Part shown: positions 26,729-39,194 of the stretch, piece after piece
How positions within the stretch are numbered: position 1 is the stretch's first letter
Layout: each line of letters starts with the position of its first letter
NCBI GenBank assembly: GCA_964247055.1
Contig: OZ176057.1
Location: 6,262,001 to 6,326,000 of the forward strand
Direction of reading: 5' to 3'
DNA: 64,000 bases
Source of the DNA: Paragordius varius
Taxonomy: Eukaryota; Animalia; Nematomorpha
Made by a program: the position numbers and the translations under genes
Notes under the pieces: generated by a model
Databases searched by the model: none
What the model saw: the letters and a program-made list of their open reading frames with translations, nothing else
Told to the model about the DNA's origin: nothing

Positions 26729-27092
26729 ATGGTTGATTTTGGCCTTTCCGTCCTTCGTTCAAGCAACCTTGCTCCAGACATTGTTGAAACACCCCTTTAT
26801 ATGGCCTACGACATGTCAGTCGAGACACCTATGATCACAAAGTAGACATTAGGTTCTTAGGAATTGTTATAATCAAATTAGTTGAAGGCAACAACCCTCG
26901 AAAAAATGACATTTAGCAGAATCACGTAACTATACTATTTATCATTTAAAATTCGACCTTTATTTTTTGTTAGATACTACATAAAAATAAAGACACCAAC
27001 CCTGCCCAAATTAATTTCAACAGTTTTTACTGATTTTTACATGACTTTATGCTCAAACAGGCTACCGATAGATGGTCAGCCTATGAATTTAT
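26729..27092 (+). pseudogene. STE20-like kinase 3' fragment, type A copy 4
   Basis: MVDFGLSVLRSSNLAPDIVETPLYMAYDM (frameshift) KVDIRFLGIVIIKLVEGNNP, shared TAG, gtaac...ttag intron, second exon. Confidence 0.85.
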
Positions 27093-27472
27093 GCATATAT
27101 ACATAATTAATTGACTTCTTTTTTATTGGGTTACCTACTATAAGATTTTACGGTAAACTATATAAAAATATAATTTTTTTGGTCTTACCTTTTTTGGAAC
27201 AATCAATCTCTCCGAATTGAGAGCGCATAGTTAATTCCATCACAGATCATTCCAATTCATCTGCAAAAAATTAATACCCATATGGTGTGTTGAATTACTC
27301 CATCAACACAAGTGTGTAGTTTAAACAAAATTCGTGTTTTACAAGTATTCGCGGGAGATCCATTATAGAACTATTATATGTTTTTTAAAAAGGCCACCAA
27401 AAACATAATTTGGTTATATATTTTACCGTAAAAGTTATAGGTAATTCAATGAAACAATTAGATGTGCATACC

Positions 27473-27844
27473 TACAGCAAGTCATTGGCCGACCATTGAT
27501 CGGTGGCCTCTTTGCGCAAAGAGATTTGTAAAAAATCGGTGAAAGCTCTCGAAATAGATTTTGGCAAAGTTGGAGTCCTTGTTTCGATAATTTTATGTGA
27601 TATCTAACTGAAAATGAAGAGGGAATTCAAAGATAAATTTAATTTCCAAACTCCACTTTATGCCAGCGTATGGAGGGTTTCCTTCAACTAATTTGATTAA
27701 TATTATTCCAAAGGACCAAATGCACTTTGCAACATTAGAGTCTCGACAGAGCATATCGTAGGCCATGTAAAATGGCGTTCCGACGATGTCTGAAGTAAAA
27801 TTGGTTGAACGGAAGCAGGAAATACCAAAGTCAACCATATCCAT
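27473..27844 (-). pseudogene. STE20-like kinase 3' fragment, type B copy 4
   Basis: Track ORF 27593-27844 MDMVDFGISCFRSTNFTSDIVGTPFYMAYDMLCRDSNVAKCIWSFGIILIKLVEGNPPYAGIKWSL; the intron donor position reads GA, not GT. Confidence 0.88.
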
Positions 27845-29456
27845 AAAATAGATTAAATAAACGCCTTTTTCTCATATCAAAGTTTAAATGTTATGAAACA
27901 ATGGGCTAAAATAAAAAATTAATTAATCAAAATATGTTTAATATAATTTGCGTAATTTAAGGCGTTTGATTAGTAATACAACTACGTATGATATGATTCG
28001 TATAACTTTATTTAAATTTGATTAACCATGATAAATGTCATCAAACTAAAACACACAAAAATATATAATATGTTTAATAGCACAACAAATGAGATTCAAA
28101 TGATTTTTCAATCGTACAACTAAGCCATAATGAATAATGATGAAAGATGGTATGAAACTAGCGGCAACCTAAATAGTGGCGGAACGATAGTCTATAACCA
28201 TTAATCGAAATATTTATAAAAATTCAATAATCCAAAACTAAGACGATATTTAAAATGTTGTTGCACTAAAGACGATCAACAATTATCACATAAATTCTAT
28301 CGACGAAAAAATAATTGAGAAAAACTTATAAAAACTAAATGGCGCCTTGAATCTACCATTAATATACATAAAAATTCTGTCATACAATATTTAATACATG
28401 GTTTTACTTTGGAAGAAATAGCGATTGTGATAAAAGATATACCATTTGCACTTATAGAGTGTCGTTGAACACTTAAAGTTGGTCCTTAAACATTTCATTT
28501 TGTCCTTAAACAGTTGAAGTTGGTCCTTAAAATTTTTAAGATTTATTTAACCATTAAGTAATAATTTCAAATTAAACTAAGTGTATCAATTACATTTTTT
28601 ATTAAACCAAGACCCTAAGGGATTTATTACTAATAAATAATAAAATTTATAAAATATGATTCTCTTTCTAAATAAATATTTAACGTTTTGTCTTTATAAA
28701 GAATTTTTAGGCATGCATTTTGTCCTTTATTTTTATTATTTCAAATTAAACGGTTGTTGGCAGTAAGGAAAAATATAAAATGCAATAAATAATTTTTAGC
28801 ATATACCAGAATTTATTTAACATATTGTCTATAAAAATACAGAGAAAATTATGGTCTAAAAAACTATACTGGAAAGGAAAGTTTTTAAATTTTATTCCCC
28901 AAGTCTCAAAGTCCCAACATTGTGTAAAAAGTGCGCACTTTATGTGCATGAAAAAATCTATTCGTCCTTCGAAACTTTATGTGCGCCCCGCCATAAATTT
29001 GAACATTCATATTTAACAATAGTAAACTCACAAAGTCTTATTAATCACAATATTTCTTAAACAATTTTTTTAAATTGATCAATTTAATTAGCAGGGACTA
29101 GAAAAATTGTTAAATTGCGTTTACATTTTTCAGTCTTTTGTTTGAAATCGAATAAATTCAATATAAATGCCCATATATATTTCGAATCCTGCTCACTAGA
29201 TATTTTCAGCTAAAAATGCAGCCCGCGAAACCATTTGTGTTAAACAGTCCTATTCTAGTAATTTGTATTTTTGCATTTAAAGGTTTCTAATACTACATTT
29301 ACAATAATTATTCTTAACTTGAACGGAAGCGTTAAAATGAGTAAATTTATTTCAATACAAATTTATTTTTGAGTGTAAAATCAAAAAACTAAACTTGTCC
29401 GGTTTATCAATTAATCGTTTGCATTATACCAAACACTTTATTAAATACTGTATTAT

Positions 29457-29830
29457 ATGGTTGATTTTTGCATTTCCTGCTTCCGTTCAACCAACTTTAC
29501 TCCATACATTGTTGGTACACGCCTTCTTTATATGGCATGCGATATGCTCTGTCAAGACGCCTATGATTACAAAGTGGACATTTGGATCTTGGGAATTATA
29601 ACAATCAAATTAGTTGAAGGCAACAACTCTCCAAACGTTGACATTTAGCGGAATCAATCAATTATACTATTTATTATTTAATATTCTACCTTCATTTTTG
29701 TTAGATACTACATAAATCATCTAAACAAGGACACCAACCCTGCCGGAACCAATTTCCACAACTTTCCCTGATTTTCTACAAAACTCTTTGCCCAAAGAGG
29801 TCCCGATAGATGGTCAGCCTATGAATTTAT
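29457..29830 (+). pseudogene. STE20-like kinase 3' fragment at the A position, copy 5 (A/B mosaic)
   Basis: MVDFCISCFRSTNFTPYIVGTR.LYMACDMLCQDAYDYKVDIWILGIITIKLVEGNNSP: B-type residues ISCFRSTNFT together with the A-type NN.P end and the shared TAG. Confidence 0.85.
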
Positions 29831-30224
29831 ACATATACACATAATTAATTGACTTCTTTTTTATTGGGTTACCTATTATAAGATTTTTACGGTAAACTAT
29901 ATAAAGATATAATTTTTTTGGTCATACCTTTTTTGGAACAATCAATCTCTTTGAGCGCATAGTTAATTCCATCACAGATCAAATACAATTCAAATCATCA
30001 AAAAATTTAATACCCATATGGTGTGTTGAATTACTCCATCAACACAAGTGTATAGTTTAAGTTACAAAATTCGTGTTTTTCAAGTATTAGTGGGAAATCA
30101 TTTCAAAAAACACATACACTTAGATCTATTAAATGATTACAAAAAAGGCTTATAAAAACATTATTTGATTATATATTTTACCGTAAAAGTTATAGGCATT
30201 TCAATGAAAATATTAATGTGTATA

Positions 30225-30596
30225 CCTGCAGCAAGTCATTGGCCGACCATCGATCGGTGGCCTCTTTGCGCAAAGAGTTTCTTAAAAAATCGGTGAAAGC
30301 TCTCGAAATTGATTTCGGCAGGGTGAGGATCCCTGTTTTGATGATTTTATGGGATATCTAACTGAAAAGGAAAGTGGAATTTAAAGATAAATCTAATCTC
30401 TAAACTCCAATTTATGCCGTATGGAGGGTTTCCTACAACTAATTTGATCAGTATTATTCCAAAGGACCAAATGCACTTTGCAATCATGAGAGTCTCTACA
30501 GAGCATGTCGTAGGACATGTAAAATGGCGTTCCGACGATGTCTGAAGTAAAATTGGTTGAACGGAAGCAGGAAATACCAAAGTCAACCATATCCAT
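30225..30596 (-). pseudogene. STE20-like kinase 3' fragment, type B copy 5
   Basis: Track ORFs 30393-30596 and 30347-30586 are the two frames of the frameshifted first exon; second exon WSANDLLQ|gtatac. Confidence 0.85.
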
Positions 30597-32180
30597 ATAA
30601 TAGATTAAATGAACGCTTTTTTCTCATATCAAAGTTTAAATGTTATGAAACAATGGGCTAAAATGAAAAATTAATTAATCAAAATATTTTTGGTAATTTT
30701 CGTAATTTAAGGCATTTGATTAGTAATCCAACTACGTATGATATGATTCGTATAACTTTATTTAAATTTGATTAACCCAAATAAATGTCATCAAACTAAA
30801 ACACACAAAAATATATAATATGTTTAATAGCAAACAAATGAAATTCAAATGATTTTTCAATCGTACAACTAAGCCATAATGAATAATGATGAAAGATGGT
30901 ATGAAACTAGCGGCAACCTAAATAGTGACAGAATGACAGTCCATAACCATTAATCAAAATATTTATAAAAATTCAATAATCCAAAACCAAGACGATATTA
31001 AAATGTTTGTTGCACTGGAGACGATCAACAATTATCACATAAATTCTATCGACAAAAAAATAATTGAGTAAAACTTATAAAAACTAAATGGCGCCTTGAA
31101 TCTACCATTAATATACATGATTATTCTGTCATACAATATCTAATACCTGGTTTTACCTAGGAAGAAATAACGATTGTGATAAAAGATATACCATTTCCAC
31201 TTATGGAGTAGCCTTAAACACTTCAAGTTGGTCCTTGAACAGTTGAAGTTGGTCCTTAAAATTTTTACGATTTATTTAACCATTAAGTAATTGCAATTTA
31301 ATTAAACTAAGTGTATCAATTACTTTTTTTATTAAAATTTCAAAACCCTAAGGGATTTATTACTATTAAATAATAAAATTTATAAAATATAATTCTCTTT
31401 CTAAATAAATATTTAACGTTTTGTCTTTGTATTTTTAGACAGAATTTTGTCCTTTATTTTTATTATTTTAAATTAAACTGTACAGCAAGAAAAAATATAA
31501 AATGCAATAAATTATTTTTAGCATATACCAGAATTTATTTAACATATTGTCAATAAAAATACAGAGAAAATTATGGTCTAAAAAACTATACTGGAAAGGA
31601 AAGTTTTTAAATTTCATTCCCCAAGTCTCAAAGTCCCAACATTGTGTAAAAAATGCGCACTTTATGTGCATGAAAAACCTATTCGTCCTTCGAAACTTTA
31701 TGTGCGCCCCGCCATAAATTTGGACATTCATTAACAATAGTAAACTAACAAAGTCTTATTAATCACAATATTTCGTAAACAATTTTTTTAAATTGATCAA
31801 TTTAATTAGCAGGGACTAGAAAAATTGTTAAATTGCGTTTACATTTTTCAGTCTTTTGTTTGAAATCTAATAAATTAATTACAATTGCCCATATATATTT
31901 CGAATCCTGCCCGCTAGATATTTTGAACTAAAAATTTAGCCCGCGAAACCATTTGTGTTGGACAGCCCTATTCTATTAATTTGTTTGTTTTATGCACTAA
32001 AAGGCCTCTAATACATTTACAACAATACTCCTTAACTTGAATGGATGCGTTAAAATGAGTAAATTTATTTCAATAAAAATTTATTTTTGAGTGTAAAGAT
32101 TAAAAAAATAAACTTGTAAGTCGGTTTATCAATTAATCTATAACATTATACCAAACACACTTTATTAAATAATGTATTAT

Positions 32181-32550
32181 ATGGTTGACTTTGGCCTTTC
32201 CGTCCTCCGTTCAAGCAACTTTAGTCCAGACATTGTTGGAACACCCCTTTATATGGCCTACGACATGCTCAGTCTAGATACCTACGATCACAAAGTGTAC
32301 ATTAGGTTCTTGATTGTAATAATCAAATTAGTTGAAGGTAACAACCCTCCAAACGTTGACATTTAGCGGAATCACGTAACTATACTATTTATCATTTTTA
32401 ATTCGACTTTTATTTTTGTTAGATACTACATAAAATCATCAAAACAAGAATCCCAACCCTGCCCAAATTAATTTCAACAGTTTTCACTGATTTTTATATG
32501 ACTTTATGAGCAAACAAGCTACCGATAGATGGTCAGCCTATGAATTTATG
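32181..32550 (+). pseudogene. STE20-like kinase 3' fragment, type A copy 6
   Basis: MVDFGLSVLRSSNFSPDIVGTPLYMAYDMLSLDTYDHKVYIRFLIVIIKLVEGNNPPNVDI*RNH|gtaac..ttag|ILHKII. Confidence 0.88.
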
Positions 32551-32934
32551 CATATACACATAATTAATTGACTTCTTTTTTATTGGGTTACCTATTATAA
32601 GATTTTTACGGTAAACTATATAAAGATATAATTTTTTTGGTCATACCTTTTTTAAAACAATCAATCTCTCCGAATTAATAGCGCATAGTTAATTCCATCA
32701 CAGATCGATTCCAATTCAAATCTGCAAAAAATTAATACCCATATGGTGTGTTGAATTACTCCATCAACACAAGTGTGTTGTTTAAACAAAATTCGTGTTT
32801 TACAAGTATTCGCGGGAGATCCATTTACATATAGATCTATTATATGTTTTAAAAAAGGCTTCCAAAAAATTTTTTGGTTATATAGTTTACCGTAAAAGTT
32901 ATAGGTAATTTCATGAATAATTAGATGTGCATAC

Positions 32935-33298
32935 CCGCGGCAAGTCATTGGCCGACCATTGATCGGTGGCCTCTTTGCGCAAAAAGTTTTGTAAAAAATC
33001 GGTGAAAGCTTTCGAAATAGATTTCGGTAGGGTGGGGATCCCTGTTTTATGATTTTATGTGATATCTAACTGAAAATGAAGGTAGATTTTAAAGATAAAT
33101 CTAATTTCCAAACTCCACTTTATGCCGTATGGAGGGTTTCCTACAACTAATTTGATTAGTATTATTCCAAAGGACCAAATCCACTTTGCAATCATAAGAG
33201 TCTTGACAGAGCATGTCGTAGGCCATGTAAAATGGCGTTCCGACGATGTCTGAAGTAAAATTGGTTGAACGGAAGCAGGAAATACCAAAGTCAACCAT
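32935..33298 (-). pseudogene. STE20-like kinase 3' fragment, type B copy 6
   Basis: MVDFGISCFRSTNFTSDIVGTPFYMAYDMLCQDSYDCKVD, 1-nt frameshift, WSFGIILIKLVVGNPPY. Confidence 0.88.
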
Positions 33299-33939
33299 AT
33301 ATTATTTAGTAAATACTTTTTTTCTTATATTTTTGCCAAATTCGCTAAAATATTTGAGTAAATCGCAATAGAAATAATTAGAAATCAAGATATCTTTGGT
33401 ATAATTATAGCGAATTTTTGCCGTCCTAGAATATATTTTATTTGTATTGAAAAAAGACGTCTGATTCAAATACAACCAACCTGTTATATAATACACGATT
33501 GTTGGTAACTTTATTATAATTAAAATAATTACACCAACAATACAACCATTTTTACCCAAAACAAAACTAAAATATATATCATATTTTTAATAGCAAAACA
33601 AGTGAAATGCAAATAGATTTTCAATCGCTAGATTAATTGCATGATCAAACTGCAAACCATAATAAATAATGGTGAGAGATGGTATGGAAGATAAAAGAGA
33701 AACCAGTCGAAACCTTAATGGTGACGAAATGATAGCGTGAAATCCTTACTTGCAAGAAAGAATGACATTCATAAATGATGTTAATGATTAAAACATGTAT
33801 ATTAATATAAAAAACTGCTGAACAGCACAAGTAAAGACCTAAAACTGGATTAAGACATATGAAAATATTTATAGAATTTGAATAGTTGGCTGCATTAGAT
33901 TAACAATATAATTATGTTCCTAGCGACGAAGAAATAATC

Positions 33940-34420
33940 GAGAAATTTTAAATACTAATTTAAACCTTGAATCTGAGATCAATAGATATAAAAATTTGGT
34001 CATACGAGGTTTCATCCTACATGATTTTACCACAGAAGAAATTGTGTTTTTAATAAAAGATATGGAATCAAAAACAAAATTACCGCTTAAATAATATCTG
34101 CATAAACAAATGAGGTACTCCGATAAGACTTAAATTTTTAAAAGAGCTGTTTTATTCGATATATTAAAGCTACGCAATTCCTGGTAGGAAAGCCATATTT
34201 AACCCATCTATAAAAATATAAATGCCTTAAATTGCTCCAACTATCAGCCAGTAAGAATTTTAAAACACAGTATATCAAAATATAACAATAATTAAAAATA
34301 AATTCTCTTTCCAAGGGAGTGAATTTACTTAGAGAATACATATTCAAATAAATTGGCTGCAAGACATCTTTATAATTTTGAGAACATTGAAACCATTTTT
34401 CCTATGACATCTTAACACTA
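33940..34420 (+). mobile_element. Degraded LINE ORF2 remnant (tail of unit 6)
   Basis: DFTTEEIVFLIKD and PIYKNINALNCSNYQPVRIL (PIxK..CxNYRPI motif). Confidence 0.6.
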
Positions 34421-35689
34421 GATTTGGTCACATAAACTAATCCTGTATAGACTCATCTGCTGAATAAATTTTTTTATTACTGCCCTCAACCGAAAGAGGC
34501 CTAAAAACATCTTGTCGCACACCAAACAAGATTTTAAAATTTTATATTCCACAAGATGAACAAAATACCATAAATATCGAATGGAATACCTTTATATGGG
34601 CCAAACAAATAATTTTTAATATATCATTCTTGTAGTATGATAACCAGTGCAAATAAATTCATATGTATGGTTTTATTTTATTATTTAATTTATGATATAT
34701 TACATTTCATTCTTTTGTAGACGATATATTTTTTGGGTCCTTATATACTCCACCTTGTATAGAAACTTTTGTTTAAAAATTGTTTTGGAAAAATCAATAT
34801 CAAACATTATTCTATATTAGATAAAAAAGCTTTTTTAGAGTTTTTCTACAAAGATATCACCAAAACTTGATTTAAAAAGCTGATTGTTTCAATACCATAT
34901 CCGCCGCTAAATGTATGAAGTTTTTTAAATTTAATTATTGGTTATTTAACCATTATACATACTGTGCATAAAATCGGGTGATATAAATAGCAAAAATTTA
35001 TGGTGCTCTTGTTTTTTGGCTTTACGACTTTTGTGATTGACCCATATCGAAAAGAGCGCACATTATATATAAAAATTTATATGGTTAAAATCAAAGGTTT
35101 CATTCCAAAAAATATTAAATAATATCTAAACTATATTTGAGCAAAACATATATTAAAATTATTTGATCCCTCAAATGGAAGAGTTTTCTAATAATAAAAT
35201 AAAACATGTTGGATTTGCACAACAATTTATACTATAACATAAAAAACTTTTGAGGAAATGCATACTTTGAGCAAAAAATTTAGATAAAATTTTGTTAAAG
35301 CATGACCGCGTGGTGAAAAATGTTTTAAAAGCTTTTAGGTCCAAAACTATATGACCGGATGTTTATCATTTATATCGCATCAGAGTTTTTACTAGATAAT
35401 TAATAAACAATCAAACCAAAATGGGACTGTTATAGTTAGGTATTTTATTGTTTATATCCGTATCAAATCATTAGTATATATTGCTTATTAACCAATTAAT
35501 AAAAATGCTTTAATAATTGTTTTACCCCGTAATGTGTAAGGTTGAAAGCTATGACTGCGTGAAAGTTTAACAATAACACGGCAAACCGCAATTCTTACTA
35601 TTTTGGTATTTCAATTTAAACCAAATACCGGATAAAATAGAATCAATTTATGTCGCTAACATCCAGGTTTTTATTCTCTAGATTTTAGT

Positions 35690-36040
35690 ATTTACAGTGG
35701 AAATTAATAATCTCCTCCTGAGTTTTCATTGGTTTCTGGCCCCTCCAGCCAAAGTTTCATATGTATATTTAAAATATAATAGGATGTAAAATATTCTAAC
35801 TCTTTTATAACGTAATAACTCAGTTAAGAAGTCCAGTTTATACACGATTCTGCTTTGAATGTAATATAGCCCGTTCTATCCTACTCGCCCCGCCTTTCCT
35901 AGGCTACTGTGTGTATGTCTAATGCAAAAAGTTGGTATAGTTAGGTTTATAGCATCCCTATTTTGTGTATCTTAAAAAGTTTTTCTGCACCATAAAATAG
36001 CTATTAATTATTTCCACTTCATTGCCTCTTCACTTTTTTT
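35690..36040 (-). mobile_element. Possible degraded APE endonuclease of a LINE
   Basis: The minus strand shows RKGGA and GGDY*FP, resembling the GGGV and GDFN motifs; many stops. Confidence 0.3.
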
Positions 36041-37423
36041 GTCCCAGTATTGGGGGCAGTTTTTCAAGAACTTAATTTTGTAACTAACCATAGTTTATAA
36101 AGTTATTTTAGTTAAAATTTAATTATCAAACATTTTTTTTCTAGATAAAAAGCTAATATTTTTACAGTTTACCAACAAAAATCAGCTCCGATACACGATT
36201 GAAATTAACACTTGATATTAAAATTAAAATATATCAAGTTTTTTAGGTATAATGTAGCTTGGAAATTTTAATATTAATTGGTCACATTTAACTAAAATAT
36301 ATATCGCCTGTTAAGCGACATAAAAAATATGGCTAAAATAAGTTTGAGATGTTACATATTAAAAAAGTTGTTTTGGCTTACTACATAATGATTCAGATCC
36401 ACAAATTTTAAACCGCTAGACAAAACTACTCAAAGAGGAAATGGAGTGTTAACACATGGATACACCATATTCATTTTAATCCTTTGATTCAAATTGTGGT
36501 AATTGGATACCCCAGGCCTGTTTAAAATTAAATACTTTTAAAAAAATCAAAATCATGACAATACTTTGCATCTTAACATTAATAAACCAAAACATATAAA
36601 AAATTTTATTCAAGAATACTTCATATTACTTATTTTAATGTTAAAACCGTGTGCAATAGCTAAATTAAAAAATAATACAAAATACACCACTTTTTCTATT
36701 TCTACTAATGATAGATGTAATTTATATAAATCTTTTAAAGTTAGAATCAAATAACCACCGTTTTTTGCAAAACTTTAGTAAAAAAATCGAGCCGAAGTAG
36801 ATTGACATGGAACTTTTTTTCAAAACAAAATTTTATTTAGACATTTTGGCTTTTATATATAATTTTTATTAGGAAGCATAAATTTAAATTGGGACGGCTT
36901 CCTACAGTAGTTTTACAAAAATATCAATTTTGGAGTATTTTGATACCCAAATTGGATCGAATTGTGAATTTAGTTGACATTTATTCTCAGAAACAAAATA
37001 GAAATACGTTAAATTACGCTCTTATGTTATATCTAAATTGTTACACTAAATTTAATAGTAAAATGTTTATTAATATAAAAATATTTTAATGTATTCTTTT
37101 TTGTATTGCTCCAACTTTTGAAAAAATATTTTAAAATAAATACAAAACGAAGGCCTATCATTTTTTAAAAATAAAAACTCTTGAATGACATACAATTATG
37201 GTTCAAAATAAATTTTTAAACTTCAAACAAAATTAAATTTTAAATGGCTATTTATGCGTTTATCAACGTTATAATCAATTTTTAGCCTCTCATATCATTT
37301 TTAATAATATAATTTAATTTAAAATAAACTTTTATCCCAACAAGCTATTTTTATCAAGGATGATATCGTGCTTCTTTAGGATTTCTAGTGGTTTTATTTT
37401 TAAATATTTGAATAAATTATCGC

Positions 37424-38185
37424 ATGTTTTCAGCCCTTGATAAATATTTAGATTTGGAATTAGAAAATACCAAGTTTATATATATTTCCAAAGAAAACAA
37501 CAGTGGAAATTGTTTCATACTACATTTTTTACATAAATATTTAGCCGAGAACACATTTGTTTTATTTCTTCATTCCAATCACTCCTTCAATCATTATTAC
37601 CTGAATCTTTTAAAAATTGGAAAAAATTTACAAAACTACAAATCAACCAAGAATATCATATTTTACGATTTAACAAAAGCAGACCTCGATAATGTTTTAA
37701 CTGATACGATCAAACATATAACGGATTCTAACACAAAATGTTATGTATTAATTGACGATCTCCATTTATTATTTTCCTTGCATGATGAATCTGTTTATAA
37801 AATTTTGGCATTCTTACAAACAATCATTGCCCTTTCAAAACGACAAAATAGTTTATTAACCCAAATAATTATCACCAGTTTTACTAATTATTCCCCAAAA
37901 ATATTTTGCCAAGAAAATATTTTAGATGCTTTTTGTAACAAAATGTGTGACTTAAAATTACATGCCCTAACCCTTAAATCCGGACAAACTGTCGAAGCTT
38001 CTGGAAAAGTAATATTTTTAATAAATTTAACACTTTTTTATGTCAAATAGTTGATTGTTTCCTATAAAAACATGGACTTGTCAAACATTTTCTCAATCTC
38101 ATCTGAAGAGCAAACCGCACTCAACAAAGTACAAAGTTTCATATATACCGTCACTGAAAGAAATTTACATCTCAAGATTGTTTAA
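37424..38185 (+). CDS. ELP6: Elongator complex protein 6 (2 exons: 37424-38008, 38051-38185; 239 aa)
   Basis: SGNCFILHFLHKYL..VLFL..NHSFNHY...KIG, then VLIDDL and a C-terminal SGKL...F.YTVTERNLHL pattern, typical of the ELP6 RecA-like fold. A 42-nt GT-AG intron restores the frame. Confidence 0.75.
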
Positions 38186-38525
38186 TTTACCTATTCGATA
38201 CAAATTAATTTATTTATATCTGAAATAAATATTAAATTTTATTGATTTACATATTCATATGACCAAAACCATTTTTTGTGAACAAAGATATATTATTTTG
38301 TCAAAATTATATTTTTTAATCCAAATACTTAAATTTTATTAAATTATATACAATTAAAAAAGCTTATTAAAATAAATTATACCAAAATAGATTTGGGTTT
38401 TACTAAAAAAAATAAAGCTTTCGAGCATATTTTGCCCAAAAGTTTTAATTTTTTCGCTGAAAATCATTTTTCTCCATTTTTTTAATAAAGATACATAATT
38501 AACCTAAAACAAATAATTATAATTA

Positions 38526-38798
38526 CAGTAAAATTAAAAATTATACGGACAAAACGTAATCTTATAAGGCAAATATTTTTATTTATAAAGAGGACCATAC
38601 TTTTATATACCTTAATATTTCCTATATAAGCTATTTAGTTAGAATTGTAAATGGATTTGACTGGGTTAATAAATATCTTTATTTAACACTTTACCATTTA
38701 AAACAAGGAGTTTAATTGAATTAAATTAAGGTTTAAAAGTATTGTATTTTATATTTTTAGATTTTTACGTTTTGTCTTTATAATTTCAGTTTTTACTT
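38526..38798. mobile_element. ~280-bp MITE with long TIRs (Tc1/mariner-pogo-like, TA target)
   Basis: Left end TA|CAGTAAAA..AATTATACGGACAAAACGT; the right end is its reverse complement (ACGTTTTGTCTTTATAATTTCAGTTTTTACT). Confidence 0.75.
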
Positions 38799-39194
38799 TA
38801 ATACTATATCATACTTAAACCTTTCGTATATATTTCCATATATTTAACCTAAAAATTATCTCAATAAATGCTTTGCATGATCCTATAAATAAAATATAAT
38901 TGGTTTTTATAAATCAAATAAAAACAATTTTAGAATTAAATGAAAACTAGGGCATCTCAATTTAAAGTTAAAATGTCATTAGAACCATTTTATAATTATA
39001 AACCTCTGTAAAATTCAATCAAAAAAAGTGGAATTAATTAATTTGAAACCCTTTTTTAAAAAAAATTGATTAAAGCAAAACAGAATCTACAAAGACTTGT
39101 AATTACAAAACATTAAATGTTAAATCACTTAAAACAATTCAATTTATTGAATAATCTTTCTTATTTATAATTACACACATATGAACGTATTTAT

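Larger units (their letters stand above)
26170..34400. repeat. Tandem array of three ~2.72-kb units containing the kinase inverted pair
   Basis: Kinase A ATG at 26729, 29457 and 32181 (periods 2728 and 2724); aactttatgtgcgccccgcc at ~26310, ~28973 and ~31694. Confidence 0.9.

Noticed and set aside
1-34400. Repeat units as Helitrons that captured a kinase fragment
   Set aside because: Tandem arrays, gene capture and internal minisatellites would fit, but no 5' TC / 3' hairpin+CTRR termini could be placed at unit junctions or at the ends of unit 7. Left unproven.
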